From Candidatus Gottesmanbacteria bacterium (GTDB taxonomy: Bacteria > Patescibacteriota > Microgenomatia > UBA10105 > UBA927): 64,000 nt of DNA. Under the pieces are notes generated by a model. The model did no database searches. It was given only the letters and a program-made list of their open reading frames with translations, and was not told where the DNA came from. Below are positions 42,031 through 51,218 of this stretch, piece by piece; position 1 is the stretch's first letter, and the number at the start of each line of letters is the position of its first letter. Both the position numbers and the translations under genes were made by a program. The stretch lies in contig OY970230.1 of the NCBI GenBank assembly GCA_963714095.1, positions 959,907 to 1,023,906 of the forward strand, written 5' to 3'.

Positions 42031-43068
42031 TCATCGGTTCTTTTCAAAGATTGAGGCAAGGACTTCCTTTTTTTTGAGCCGTGTATGAGAAGGAACGGTG
42101 GATTGGGGAATAATGGGTATTGCGGCTTTTTCGATGGATTTTCCCAGCAGGATTAACTTCCGGATCGGGTGATAATGAATACGTCCTTCAGCAATATATA
42201 TTCCGCCGAAAATAAGGATTGCTCCTCCCAGAAAGGGAATCGTTATCGCTTCATGCAACAGGAGCGCGCCCATGACGGTGCCGACGATCGGATCCACGTA
42301 TGCAAACATTGCACTGTCCGTAGCGGAAATTTTGGACAGGCCCCACGCGAACAGACCATACCCGATGGTACTGCTGAATAGTGCTCCGTACCCAATACCC
42401 AGATACCCGCGCCAGTCAAGAAGTGCATACAGGTGGGGGTTATGCATAAATTCATATAACGCCAGAGGAAGAAAGCTGGCTGCTCCTACCAAAAATGCCC
42501 AAAAGGTAAATGCCCAAGGATTGTATTTACTGACGATTTTTTTGCCGACTATGGTTTGGCCAACTGCAGCAAATGTTGCAATGAGAAGGTAGATATTCCC
42601 CAGTATTGATCCGTCTACACCGTGCACGAGCAGCGGCTCAATGACGATAACGATTATTCCCAGTGTCCCCAGTATCATACCCAGGAATTTTTTCAATTTA
42701 AATGATTCATGCAGGAAAAGAAGTGCAAAAAATAGGGTGAGAATCGGTTGGGCACTTGATATGACAGGGGAATTGATGGAGTAGGTGAGGTTAAGCCCCC
42801 AAAAGAAAAAGATGATGTTGACGGTGATTCCCAAAAAGCCATAAAGAAAAAGTAGTATGCCGTCGCGCCTGTTGGCCAATGGGAGCGAGACTTTTTTGCC
42901 GATCACCAAAAGGATCATGATTGCGCCTAAAAAAAACCGCCAGAATGCAAGGGTAAACGGGGGAATATTCTTTAAACTGAGTTTAAATATCGCCGCCGCC
43001 GCGCCCCAGATGATGTTGGCGATAATGAGTGCCAAAAAAGCCTTTTGGACGGTGTTCAACGATTTCAT
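42031..43068 (-). CDS. EamA/DMT transporter
   Basis: IWG, P..LA..RF, 10 TM, L.E. Confidence 0.92.
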   Translation of the reverse strand: MKSLNTVQKAFLALIIANIIWGAAAAIFKLSLKNIPPFTLAFWRFFLGAIMILLVIGKKVSLPLANRRDGILLFLYGFLGITVNIIFFFWGLNLTYSINSPVISSAQPILTLFFALLFLHESFKLKKFLGMILGTLGIIVIVIEPLLVHGVDGSILGNIYLLIATFAAVGQTIVGKKIVSKYNPWAFTFWAFLVGAASFLPLALYEFMHNPHLYALLDWRGYLGIGYGALFSSTIGYGLFAWGLSKISATDSAMFAYVDPIVGTVMGALLLHEAITIPFLGGAILIFGGIYIAEGRIHYHPIRKLILLGKSIEKAAIPIIPQSTVPSHTRLKKKEVLASIFEKNR

Positions 43069-43071
43069 GGG

Positions 43072-44286
43072 TCAGTTTGACTGAAGCATAAGAATGACGT
43101 CATCAACCGTTAATTCTTTTTGTTCTTTTGTAGCCATGTTTTTCAGTTTCACCTTGTTCCGTTTCACTTCATCCGGCCCGAAGATAACGATATACGGTAT
43201 TCTTTTTTTATCGGCATATTTCAGCTGCTTTTCCAGCTTTGCGCCGGAATCGACGTATATCTCAGCGTTGAGTCCTGCGCGGCGCAGTTTTGTCGTGAGT
43301 TCAAGTGAACTGCCCAGCTGCTCGGGAGAGAAAATAGCCACGAGTACTTGTGTGACGGTAGAACGCGTGGAAAGCAACTTAAATTCCTCCATGGCCTCCA
43401 TGATGCGGTCAAATCCGAATGCGATACCTACGGCCGGCAAATCCCTGCCGGAAAATTGGCTGATGAGTTTGTCATAGCGCCCGCCACCCGCAAGCGATCC
43501 GCTTGTGTAGGCTGCCGCCTTAAGTTCAAATATCGTACTCGTATAATAATCCAGACCTCTGGCCAAAAATCGGTTAAACCGGAAATCCGTATCCTCTTTA
43601 TATCCAAGCCGCTTGAGCGCTTCAAAAATTTTCCAGATACGTTCTGTCGCGCCCATATTTTTCAGTGACGTTAAAAGCTCTTGCGGATTTTTCCGACCTG
43701 CTGTTGCAAGTTCATCAAGGACAGCATCGACGCCGATTTTATCAATCTTATCAATGGAGGATATTTCCTTTTTGGTAAGTTTAAGTCCGTCGAAAATTGT
43801 ACGGTCATTTATATCCATGGTAATGCCGGAAAAGCCGAGCTGTTTAAACGCGGAAAGTGTGCAGTCTATAATTTCCGCGTCAGCCAGTGGCGAATCAGAT
43901 CCTACCGTATCGATATCGCATTGCAGGAATTCGCGGAATCTCCCTTTTTGTGTATTTTCCGCGCGCCAAACCGGCTGGATTTGATAGCGTTTAAAAGGTT
44001 TTGGAAGATCCGGATATTGCGCAACCACCCGGGAGAGTGGAACGGTCTGGTCATACCGGAGTCCGACGTTCCGTTTCCCGTTATCGCGGAAAAGGTACAA
44101 AAGTTTATCCGCCTCACCTCCGTATTTGCCCATGAGCGTTTCGGCGTATTCCAGTGCCGGTGTTTCAAGAGGATCAAATCCGTACCGTTCAAACACCGTC
44201 CTGATTTTTCCCACTACAACCTGCCGCGCGCTAGCGGCAGAAGGAAGGAAATCACGGAATCCCTTGAGTGTTTGTGCTTTGATCAT
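43072..44286 (-). CDS. hisS: histidine--tRNA ligase
   Basis: KGFRDF, LRYDQT, GRFREF.QCD, RGLDYY, GGGRYD. Confidence 0.98.
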   Translation of the reverse strand: MIKAQTLKGFRDFLPSAASARQVVVGKIRTVFERYGFDPLETPALEYAETLMGKYGGEADKLLYLFRDNGKRNVGLRYDQTVPLSRVVAQYPDLPKPFKRYQIQPVWRAENTQKGRFREFLQCDIDTVGSDSPLADAEIIDCTLSAFKQLGFSGITMDINDRTIFDGLKLTKKEISSIDKIDKIGVDAVLDELATAGRKNPQELLTSLKNMGATERIWKIFEALKRLGYKEDTDFRFNRFLARGLDYYTSTIFELKAAAYTSGSLAGGGRYDKLISQFSGRDLPAVGIAFGFDRIMEAMEEFKLLSTRSTVTQVLVAIFSPEQLGSSLELTTKLRRAGLNAEIYVDSGAKLEKQLKYADKKRIPYIVIFGPDEVKRNKVKLKNMATKEQKELTVDDVILMLQSN

Positions 44287-44489
44287 ACAATGTATTGCAA
44301 TATTTTTTTTGCTTCCTGTACGTCTGTTTTGTTTACCAGTAATTGAATTTGTTCCGTCATAAACGGATACATGCCTCCCGCATCGTCCATCCGGATAAAC
44401 GACCTGATCCCGTTTGCGTCCAACACGCTTTTGGCTATGTCTGCCTCATGACGGTCAGCGCATCGTTTGATACAGATAAAGTCTGCCAT
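44283..44489 (-). CDS. DUF2007-like small protein
   Basis: EA.I.KS.L..NGI, L.V...D..EA..IL. Confidence 0.8.
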   Translation of the reverse strand: MADFICIKRCADRHEADIAKSVLDANGIRSFIRMDDAGGMYPFMTEQIQLLVNKTDVQEAKKILQYIV

Positions 44490-44718
44490 CTTCTGTTAAG
44501 CGTATCAAATCTTTGACATGAATACCAGGCCATAGATGATTTGTCAGCTGCCTAATCCATCGGCAGGAGCTTTCATACCCGCTTCTTGTCGTCGTTTATA
44601 CTCTTGATATTGTTGATCTATAGGGTCATTAGACTGTTCGTTTAATTTTTCTTCTAATGGTTTGTTTTTTTTCCTTTACTGGTTCTTTTTCCGGTTCTGG
44701 CATAGATATCACCTCCTT

Positions 44719-46248
44719 TCATTTCAGTTTTCCAACTACGTTTTCCGCCGCTTCAAGTATCTTATATTGTCTGATAAGCGGGACGAGAGACTCGATATCT
44801 TTGTAAAAAGCGCGGTCCTCCGTAATAGCCGGGCTCACGTTACGAACAAGTTTGTAAACCGCCTGAAATACCGGCGAAGCCTTCAGCGGTTTTCTGAATT
44901 CATACGCCTGACAGGTTGCTAAGAGTTGAATTGCAATAACTGCTTCGGTGTTACGGATAATCTCGCGTGCTTTTCGTGCTGCGATCGTTCCGAATGAAAC
45001 GTGGTCCTCCTGATTGCCCGACACGGGAATAGAGTCAACGCTCGCCGGTGATGCGAGAATTTTGTTTTCGGACACGAGGGCAGCCTGCGTGTATTGGCTG
45101 ATCATAAGTCCCGAATCCAAACCCGCGCTGTTGACAAGAAACGCCGGTAAATCCTTGGAGCAGGCAGGATCCATCAGGTTATTTGTTTGCCGCTCGGAAA
45201 TATTACCGAGATCGGTAATCACAATTCCCAAGAGGTCCTGTGTGTAACCGATCGGTGCGCCGTGGAAGTTCGCTCCTGTTCGGCAGATTTTTTCTTTTGT
45301 AAAGAAAATCGGATTATCAGCAACAGAATTTATTTCTATTTCCGTAATTGTTCTTACGTAGTCCAGCGCATCGCGCGCAGCACCTGAAACTTGCGGGACA
45401 CTCCGAAGCGAATACGCATTCTGTACGTTTTTTTTGGGCTGCCGCATGAGTTCACTGCCCGCAATAAGTCTGCGGATATTGGCAGCAGTATCGTTTTGCC
45501 CTTTATATGGGCGTACTTCGTTGTACTCTTTGCTGTAGGCACTTTCTACGCAATTAAGAACGTCAATGGTCATACTACAGATAATTTCCAATTGCTTGAT
45601 GAACCGCTCACTGTCAAAAATATTCATCGCAGCAATTGCAGTCATAAATTGTGAACCGTTCATAATGGCAAGTCCCTCGCGGTATGCAAGTGGAACGATC
45701 GGAATTCCTGCCCGTTCCATTGCGACATCACCGGAAAGAACTCCTCCCTTGTAATAGGCTTTTCCTTCTCCGATAACGACGAGTCCCATTTGGGAAAGGG
45801 GAGCCAGATCTCCGCTCGTGCCGACTGATCCTTTTTCATAAAACAACGGAGTGACGCCGCGGTTGAGCATATCAACAAATGTTAAAAATAATCGTGGCCG
45901 AAGACCGCTGTATCCTTTGGCGAATACGTTTAAGCGCAAAAGCAATGTCGCTCGTGCAGTTTCAACATCAACGGGATTACCGTAGCCGGAAGAGTGCGCG
46001 CGAAGCATCCGTGTAGATAATTCACCCGCCTTATCTTTGGATATTTTGACGTTACCGAATCCGCCGATACCGGTATTGAGGCCATACATAATATCACCGC
46101 GATCAAGCATCTGGGATATGGCATCCCAATTGGCCTGAATCTGGACAATAACTCTTTTAGGCACAACAACCTTAGCGCCTTTTCGCGCCACGGCAACTAC
46201 ATCTTCAATGGTGAGCGCTTCCCCGGTTAACGAAACAGATTTTTTCAT
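44719..46248 (-). CDS. hutH: MIO-dependent aromatic amino acid ammonia-lyase, histidine ammonia-lyase-like
   Basis: YGLNTG.G, RAH..G.G, GSVGTSGDLAPL, EGLA..NG, Q.AYSLR, NFHG, NQEDHVS. Confidence 0.88.
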   Translation of the reverse strand: MKKSVSLTGEALTIEDVVAVARKGAKVVVPKRVIVQIQANWDAISQMLDRGDIMYGLNTGIGGFGNVKISKDKAGELSTRMLRAHSSGYGNPVDVETARATLLLRLNVFAKGYSGLRPRLFLTFVDMLNRGVTPLFYEKGSVGTSGDLAPLSQMGLVVIGEGKAYYKGGVLSGDVAMERAGIPIVPLAYREGLAIMNGSQFMTAIAAMNIFDSERFIKQLEIICSMTIDVLNCVESAYSKEYNEVRPYKGQNDTAANIRRLIAGSELMRQPKKNVQNAYSLRSVPQVSGAARDALDYVRTITEIEINSVADNPIFFTKEKICRTGANFHGAPIGYTQDLLGIVITDLGNISERQTNNLMDPACSKDLPAFLVNSAGLDSGLMISQYTQAALVSENKILASPASVDSIPVSGNQEDHVSFGTIAARKAREIIRNTEAVIAIQLLATCQAYEFRKPLKASPVFQAVYKLVRNVSPAITEDRAFYKDIESLVPLIRQYKILEAAENVVGKLK

Positions 46249-46250
46249 AT

Positions 46251-46350
46251 TCCTCCTTCTTCGCAGAACAATAAACCTGCGAATGGAGGAGGGGATTATT
46301 GGGAAGATGAATGGATAATTACCTCAACCACGCTCAGGTTTTAGTTGAGG
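46251..46350 (-). promoter_or_regulatory. translational attenuator with alternative hairpins sequestering the hutH SD
   Basis: 1:2 stem 46322-46350, 3:4 SD-sequestering stem 46251-46290, competing 2:3 pairing 46322-46341 with 46273-46292. Confidence 0.65.
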
Positions 46351-46427
46351 GTATGATGAAGTACACAAGAAGAAACGCTTGCAAAAGCGTTAAAGGAGAA
46401 CGTACTGGTATTGATGTTTATGTTCAT
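46341..46427 (-). CDS. 28-aa leader peptide MNINTSTF-type with tandem His codons (MNININTSTFSFNAFASVSSCVLHHTLN)
   Basis: ATG 8 nt after the -10 box; CAT CAT at 46353-46358 immediately before hairpin segment 1. Confidence 0.6.
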   Translation of the reverse strand: MNININTSTFSFNAFASVSSCVLHHTLN

Positions 46428-46464
46428 ATATTAACATGTTAACATGTTAATATATTGCTGTCAA
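46426..46464 (-). promoter_or_regulatory. promoter with overlapping 30-bp palindromic operator
   Basis: TTGACA(46464-46459)-17-TAACAT; ATATATTAACATGTTAACATGTTAATATAT at 46426-46455. Confidence 0.75.
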
Positions 46465-46503
46465 GTGTGAAAAAATAATTGGACGGAATGAAGGAAGTCA
46501 GGT

Positions 46504-46866
46504 TTAAATCCAGGTGCGTTTTCCACGGAGACGGAATGGTCTGTGTGGGAGAGAATCCCTATTTTTTTTCGGAAGCAAACGGCCGGCGATAGTCTGATAG
46601 CCGCCCATGCCGGTATGGAGCCAGTGAGCGACACGGGAAACGGTAGTCGTTGACGTTTTCAGTTCTGAGGCTATTTCAGCATACGGCAGGCCTTTTACGA
46701 GCAGTTTGACCATTTGCCAGCGGTTTGCGAATTCTTTTAATTCCGCCGCGGTTAAAAGATCCCGGAAGAAATTTGCAGCTTCGTCGGTTGTCTTGAGAGC
46801 AAGAATCGCTTTGAACAGCTCCTCCATAGCAGGGGTAGGGTATGAAGACGTAGGAGTTTTACTCAT
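46504..46866 (-). CDS. TrpR-like YerC/YecD family repressor
   Basis: LF.AIL.L....E...FF.DL.T..E......RW, Y.EI......ST.T.SRV...L..G.GGY; start moved to ATG 46866. Confidence 0.92.
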   Translation of the reverse strand: MSKTPTSSYPTPAMEELFKAILALKTTDEAANFFRDLLTAAELKEFANRWQMVKLLVKGLPYAEIASELKTSTTTVSRVAHWLHTGMGGYQTIAGRLLPKKNRDSLPHRPFRLRGKRTWI

Positions 46867-46870
46867 ATAT

Positions 46871-47641
46871 TTACGGGGTGGGGGTCGGTTTGACCGTTGC
46901 CGTAGCAGCCGGGGTTGTTGACGCAGTTGCCGTTGCTGTCGGAGCGGCGCCCGTGAGATTTCCGATATCAAGTATCCGGATTGCACTGACGCGGTTGTCG
47001 TATTTGGGTTCCGGCGTTTCCAGGACGTGGACCGTATCGCCGGTAAACAATTTAGCAAAACCGGCCTTTTGGGTTCCGTTGGTCGCGTCCCACGTAAACG
47101 CTTTCGTAGTTGTTTCAAAATCAACAACGTAGGATTGGCCGCCAGGTGTCGCGACTGTGACCGTATAGTCTGGTTTACTGATTGCCGTAACTACCCCGGA
47201 AATTCTCTCCGGTATACTACCCTGGATAAATATCACTTGTGCCTTTAGAATATCAAGGTTAGTATCGTAATCGCCAAAGACGACCACAGTATCCCCTTTA
47301 TTGATTTGATCGGTCGTCAGTGTCGTCCGTTTACCCTTGATGTTTTGGAATACGGAAATATTGTCGGTGAGCTCTATTTTCATATCGCTGGTTTTAGTAG
47401 ATACAGTTATTGTTGAAACCGATGTTGCCGAAACCGATCCGAAAATAGCGCGTTTTTGGGATTGTTGCAGCTGAGTGGCAGCTGATGCCAGCCGGTCTTT
47501 GAGTGTGTCTAGTTTTTGCTGTGCATCGGGGGTCGCGGACGCGGATGTGGACGCAGCAATAGTTGTGGCGGGCGTGGCTGAAGCGGCATACACGGATGTG
47601 GTAAACAACAATGCGCTGGCAAAAAGAATTACTTTTTTCAT
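46871..47641 (-). CDS. secreted protein with tandem OB-like (DUF5666-like) domains
   Basis: signal peptide, AT/P-rich linkers, repeated G.V..I / I..GD.V.V. Confidence 0.7.
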   Translation of the reverse strand: MKKVILFASALLFTTSVYAASATPATTIAASTSASATPDAQQKLDTLKDRLASAATQLQQSQKRAIFGSVSATSVSTITVSTKTSDMKIELTDNISVFQNIKGKRTTLTTDQINKGDTVVVFGDYDTNLDILKAQVIFIQGSIPERISGVVTAISKPDYTVTVATPGGQSYVVDFETTTKAFTWDATNGTQKAGFAKLFTGDTVHVLETPEPKYDNRVSAIRILDIGNLTGAAPTATATASTTPAATATVKPTPTP

Positions 47642-48087
47642 AAACTTTCCGGCGTATAATAAACCGTGATTGTCTGACTGACCTGTTTTGTCTTTTGGTA
47701 CGAGGTAACGATAATGTCATTTTTGCCTTCGGTAAGCGTTACCTTGCCTGCGTACTTGCCGTCCGATTGGGCTGTTGCCACCGTTTCATCAATTGGTCCG
47801 GCAATAACGACGGTTGCCCCGGGGCTGGTCGCACCAGATACGAGAAGGTCGGTGGTGTTTTCTATAGCCTCGGCAAGCGGACTTTGGATGGAAATTGCGA
47901 ACTGTGAAGGAGTCGCTCCTGCGGTCGGCGTTGCTACCGTTTTTTGTTTTGATTGGGAAAACGTAATCGTCGGCAATTTTATTTTCGGCAGCGCTTTTGT
48001 TATATTGGGGCCTAAGAGAAGAAGTCCGGTAATCAACAGTCCGATGCCGAACCCGATAAGTGTCGCCAGTAGCGCGTCTTTATTCAT
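47638..48087 (-). CDS. membrane-anchored Ig-like domain protein
   Basis: N-terminal TM, I.SP, VSG.T.PGA.V, L.EG.N.I. Confidence 0.75.
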   Translation of the reverse strand: MNKDALLATLIGFGIGLLITGLLLLGPNITKALPKIKLPTITFSQSKQKTVATPTAGATPSQFAISIQSPLAEAIENTTDLLVSGATSPGATVVIAGPIDETVATAQSDGKYAGKVTLTEGKNDIIVTSYQKTKQVSQTITVYYTPESL

Positions 48088-48138
48088 GAGTGTTGCTAAG
48101 GATAGCCAAATCTGTTATAAATTGCAAGTGGCGATACT

Positions 48139-48786
48139 ATGGAAATTACGTATCTAGGGCATGCAGCGTTTCGTATTAAAGGAAAAACCGCGACGGTTGT
48201 GACCGATCCGTACGCTCCTGACATCGTGGGATTAAAATTTCCCAAACATATAACCGCGGATATTGTGACCGTTTCGCACAATCACCCGGACCACAACGCC
48301 ACACGCGAGATTGAGGGGGCGGCGTATATCGTGAACGGCTCCGGGGAATATGAAATTAAAGGCGTCGGTATCATCGGGCTCCCGACATTTCATGATGAGG
48401 AAAAGGGAGCAAAGCGCGGAAAAAATACCATCTACAGAATCGAAATGGACGGATTGTCTATTGTCCATTTAGGGGATTTGGGTCACACGTTGTCTGCTGA
48501 AGAGGTAGACAGTCTGGATGGGGTGGACATTCTTATGATTCCCGTCGGCGGATTTTATACGATTGATCCGGCTAAGGCCGTGTCGGTTATCAACGAAATA
48601 GAACCGTCCATTGTTCTTCCTATGCACTACGGCAGAAAAGAGCTTCAGGGAAAAGTGCCCGGCAATTTGGCGACGCTCGAAGCGTTCTTGAAGGAAATCG
48701 GTAAAGAAGACGTTGTGCCACAATCAAAACTTACGGTAACAAAAGATAAACTGCCGGAGCAAATGCAGGTAGTAATACTCGAATAA
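48139..48786 (+). CDS. MBL-fold metallo-hydrolase
   Basis: GHAAF, SHNHPDHN, HLGD, PMHY. Confidence 0.92.
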   Translation: MEITYLGHAAFRIKGKTATVVTDPYAPDIVGLKFPKHITADIVTVSHNHPDHNATREIEGAAYIVNGSGEYEIKGVGIIGLPTFHDEEKGAKRGKNTIYRIEMDGLSIVHLGDLGHTLSAEEVDSLDGVDILMIPVGGFYTIDPAKAVSVINEIEPSIVLPMHYGRKELQGKVPGNLATLEAFLKEIGKEDVVPQSKLTVTKDKLPEQMQVVILE

Positions 48787-48801
48787 TTTTTCACTTTTTT
48801 T

Positions 48802-50145
48802 ATGGCTGACCTCAAAATTCCGCCGCATGATGATGTTGCCGAGCAATCGGTCTTAGGCGCTGTTCTTATTGATAAAGACGCGATGATTGATGTTGCGGAA
48901 TTTTTGCGCCCCGAACATTTTTACGCAGATGCCAATGCCGCAATCTTTAGCGCGATGATTACGCTCTATGAAGCGCATGAACCGCTGGATGTCGTATCGG
49001 TGACTGCACAGCTTAAAAAAGACGGAACGCTGAAACGAGTTGGCGGCGCATCGTATGTTTCCGAACTTCTCAATGTGGTTCCCACGTCCGCGCATGCGCA
49101 GAAATATGCGCGGATTATCCAGGAACAGTATACCAAGCGGCGTTTAATCGAGCTCGGTGCGCGCGTTACGGAACTTGCATTTAAGGAACAGGGAGACGCG
49201 AAAGAAATTTTGGATCATGCAGAACAGGAAATGTTTGCCATCTCCCAGCAGACGACCAGGCAGGATTTTATTCCCATCAAGGATGCGCTGGCCTCTTCAT
49301 TTGACCGCCTGGACGAGCTCCATAAGCGGGCAGGAGGACTGCGCGGGGTGCCTACGGGATTTAGTGATATAGATTTCCGGCTTGCCGGTATGCAGGATTC
49401 AAACCTTCTCATTCTTGCGGCGCGTCCCGGCACGGGAAAAACAGCGATGATATTGAATATCGCCCAATATGCCGCGGTCAAGGAAAAAATTCCGGTCGGC
49501 GTGTTTTCACTGGAAATGAGCAAGGAAGAACTTGTGGACCGCCTTCTGGTATCTCAGGCAGATATCGATGCGTGGAAATTAAAAACAGGGAAATTATCCG
49601 ATGATGATTTTACGAGGCTTTCTGAGGCCATGGGTGAGCTTGCAGAGGCTCCTATTTATATTGATGATACACCGGGTCTCAATATTCTTGAAATGCGTAC
49701 CAAGGCGCGCCGGCTCCAGGTTGAGCGCGGCGTGAAACTCATCATTGTCGACTATCTGCAGCTTGCCGATTCCGGACGGAATTTTGATAACCGCGTGCAG
49801 GAGGTTTCCGTCATCTCACAAAGCCTTAAAAATTTAGCCCGTGAACTGCGGCTGCCGGTTCTTGCCTGTTCTCAACTTTCCCGCGCTGTCGAGTCGCGCG
49901 GTACGAGAGTACCGGAACTTTCTGATCTTCGCGAATCGGGTTCCATTGAGCAGGATGCCGACGTTGTGATGTTTTTGTACCGTGAGGAAGGGGATCAGAC
50001 GCAATGGGGAGAGCAGATTCCGACAAAACTGCGCATCGCCAAACACAGAAACGGCCCGTTGGGTGAAGTGGACCTTATTTTTCGCGGCGACCGCATCCGC
50101 TTCTACGGCATCGAGAGAAAACGCGAAGACTCTACGGCTAAATGA
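48802..50145 (+). CDS. dnaB: replicative DNA helicase
   Basis: AARPGTGKT, SLEM, VDYLQL, LRESGSIEQDAD. Confidence 0.98.
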   Translation: MADLKIPPHDDVAEQSVLGAVLIDKDAMIDVAEFLRPEHFYADANAAIFSAMITLYEAHEPLDVVSVTAQLKKDGTLKRVGGASYVSELLNVVPTSAHAQKYARIIQEQYTKRRLIELGARVTELAFKEQGDAKEILDHAEQEMFAISQQTTRQDFIPIKDALASSFDRLDELHKRAGGLRGVPTGFSDIDFRLAGMQDSNLLILAARPGTGKTAMILNIAQYAAVKEKIPVGVFSLEMSKEELVDRLLVSQADIDAWKLKTGKLSDDDFTRLSEAMGELAEAPIYIDDTPGLNILEMRTKARRLQVERGVKLIIVDYLQLADSGRNFDNRVQEVSVISQSLKNLARELRLPVLACSQLSRAVESRGTRVPELSDLRESGSIEQDADVVMFLYREEGDQTQWGEQIPTKLRIAKHRNGPLGEVDLIFRGDRIRFYGIERKREDSTAK

Positions 50146-50160
50146 TATAATACGTGCGTG

Positions 50161-50246
50161 GCCTGGGTGGCGGAATTGGTAGACGCGCAGCTCTCAAAAA
50201 GCTGTGAAGCTAACACTTCATGAGAGTTCGAGTCTCTCCCTAGGCA
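50161..50246 (+). tRNA. tRNA-Leu(CAA)
   Basis: GCCTGGG/CCTAGGC acceptor, CAGCT-ctCAAaa-AGCTG anticodon arm, long variable arm, GTTCGAG T-loop; CCA not encoded. Confidence 0.95.
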
Positions 50247-50258
50247 CAGGAGGTAACT

Positions 50259-51218
50259 ATGATGACACTTGGGGATATTTATACAAAAGCACTTGAAATG
50301 GGAATAAAGGCGGACCCTAGGGGAGAAGCCGGGGTTAAAAAATTATTGGCGCGGAAGAAAAAAGAATTTGAGGATTTGCCCAGAAGACTGAAAGCGGAAT
50401 ATGACAGCGAGGATTTGGTGAATCCGTATTCCGATTCCCGGATAATTCTGGGTGATAAAAAGTTAAAAGTCGATAAAATTTTAGCAGGCATCGATATGGA
50501 TGCTTCCGAAGTCCTTTTGGCCGACCGCCTCAATCAAAAAGGGGAGGGTATTGATCTGCTTCTTTCCCATCACCCCGAGGGCGGCCCCTTGGCGGCACTG
50601 CATGAGGTCATGGACGTGCAGGCGGATCTCATGGCCAATTACGGGGTGCCTATAAATATTGCCGAAGGACTTATGGCAGACCGGATCGGTGAAGTGAAGC
50701 GCCGGTTTAGTCCTGTCAACCATAATCAGTCTGTGGATACGGCACGGCTTTTGGGTTTTGCGATGATGTCAACTCACACGATCACGGATAATTTAGTGTA
50801 CCAATTTCTTGAAGACGTATTCCATAAAAATTACTGTGAAACAGTCGGTGAGGTGTTAGCGGAACTGAAAAAAATCCCTGAATACAAAGAAGCGATGAAG
50901 GGGAAAGCGGGCCCCATGATCGTTGCCGGGACTGCCGGCAGCCGCGCCGGAAAAGTGGCTCCTTTGGATATTACAGGAGGCACAGAGCCATCGGCCACGG
51001 TCTACGAAAAACTTGCTGATGCCGGGGTCGGAACGATTATCGCCATGCATATGGGCGAGGAACACAGAAAAGAATGTGTAAAACATCATATCAATCTGGT
51101 CGTTGCAGGCCACATGAGTTCCGATAGCATCGGGATGAATTTGTTGCTGGATGAAATCGAAAAACAAGATGTAAAAATAATTCCCTGTTCCGGCCTTATC
51201 CGTGTGCGAAGGCCATGA
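50259..51218 (+). CDS. NIF3-like (NGG1p-interacting factor) protein
   Basis: GID, HHP, HT..D, MH, GH..SD. Confidence 0.85.
   Translation: MMTLGDIYTKALEMGIKADPRGEAGVKKLLARKKKEFEDLPRRLKAEYDSEDLVNPYSDSRIILGDKKLKVDKILAGIDMDASEVLLADRLNQKGEGIDLLLSHHPEGGPLAALHEVMDVQADLMANYGVPINIAEGLMADRIGEVKRRFSPVNHNQSVDTARLLGFAMMSTHTITDNLVYQFLEDVFHKNYCETVGEVLAELKKIPEYKEAMKGKAGPMIVAGTAGSRAGKVAPLDITGGTEPSATVYEKLADAGVGTIIAMHMGEEHRKECVKHHINLVVAGHMSSDSIGMNLLLDEIEKQDVKIIPCSGLIRVRRP

Noticed and set aside
44719-46248. Complete histidine utilisation (hut) operon
   Set aside because: hutU, hutI, hutG and hutC/hutP are absent from the window
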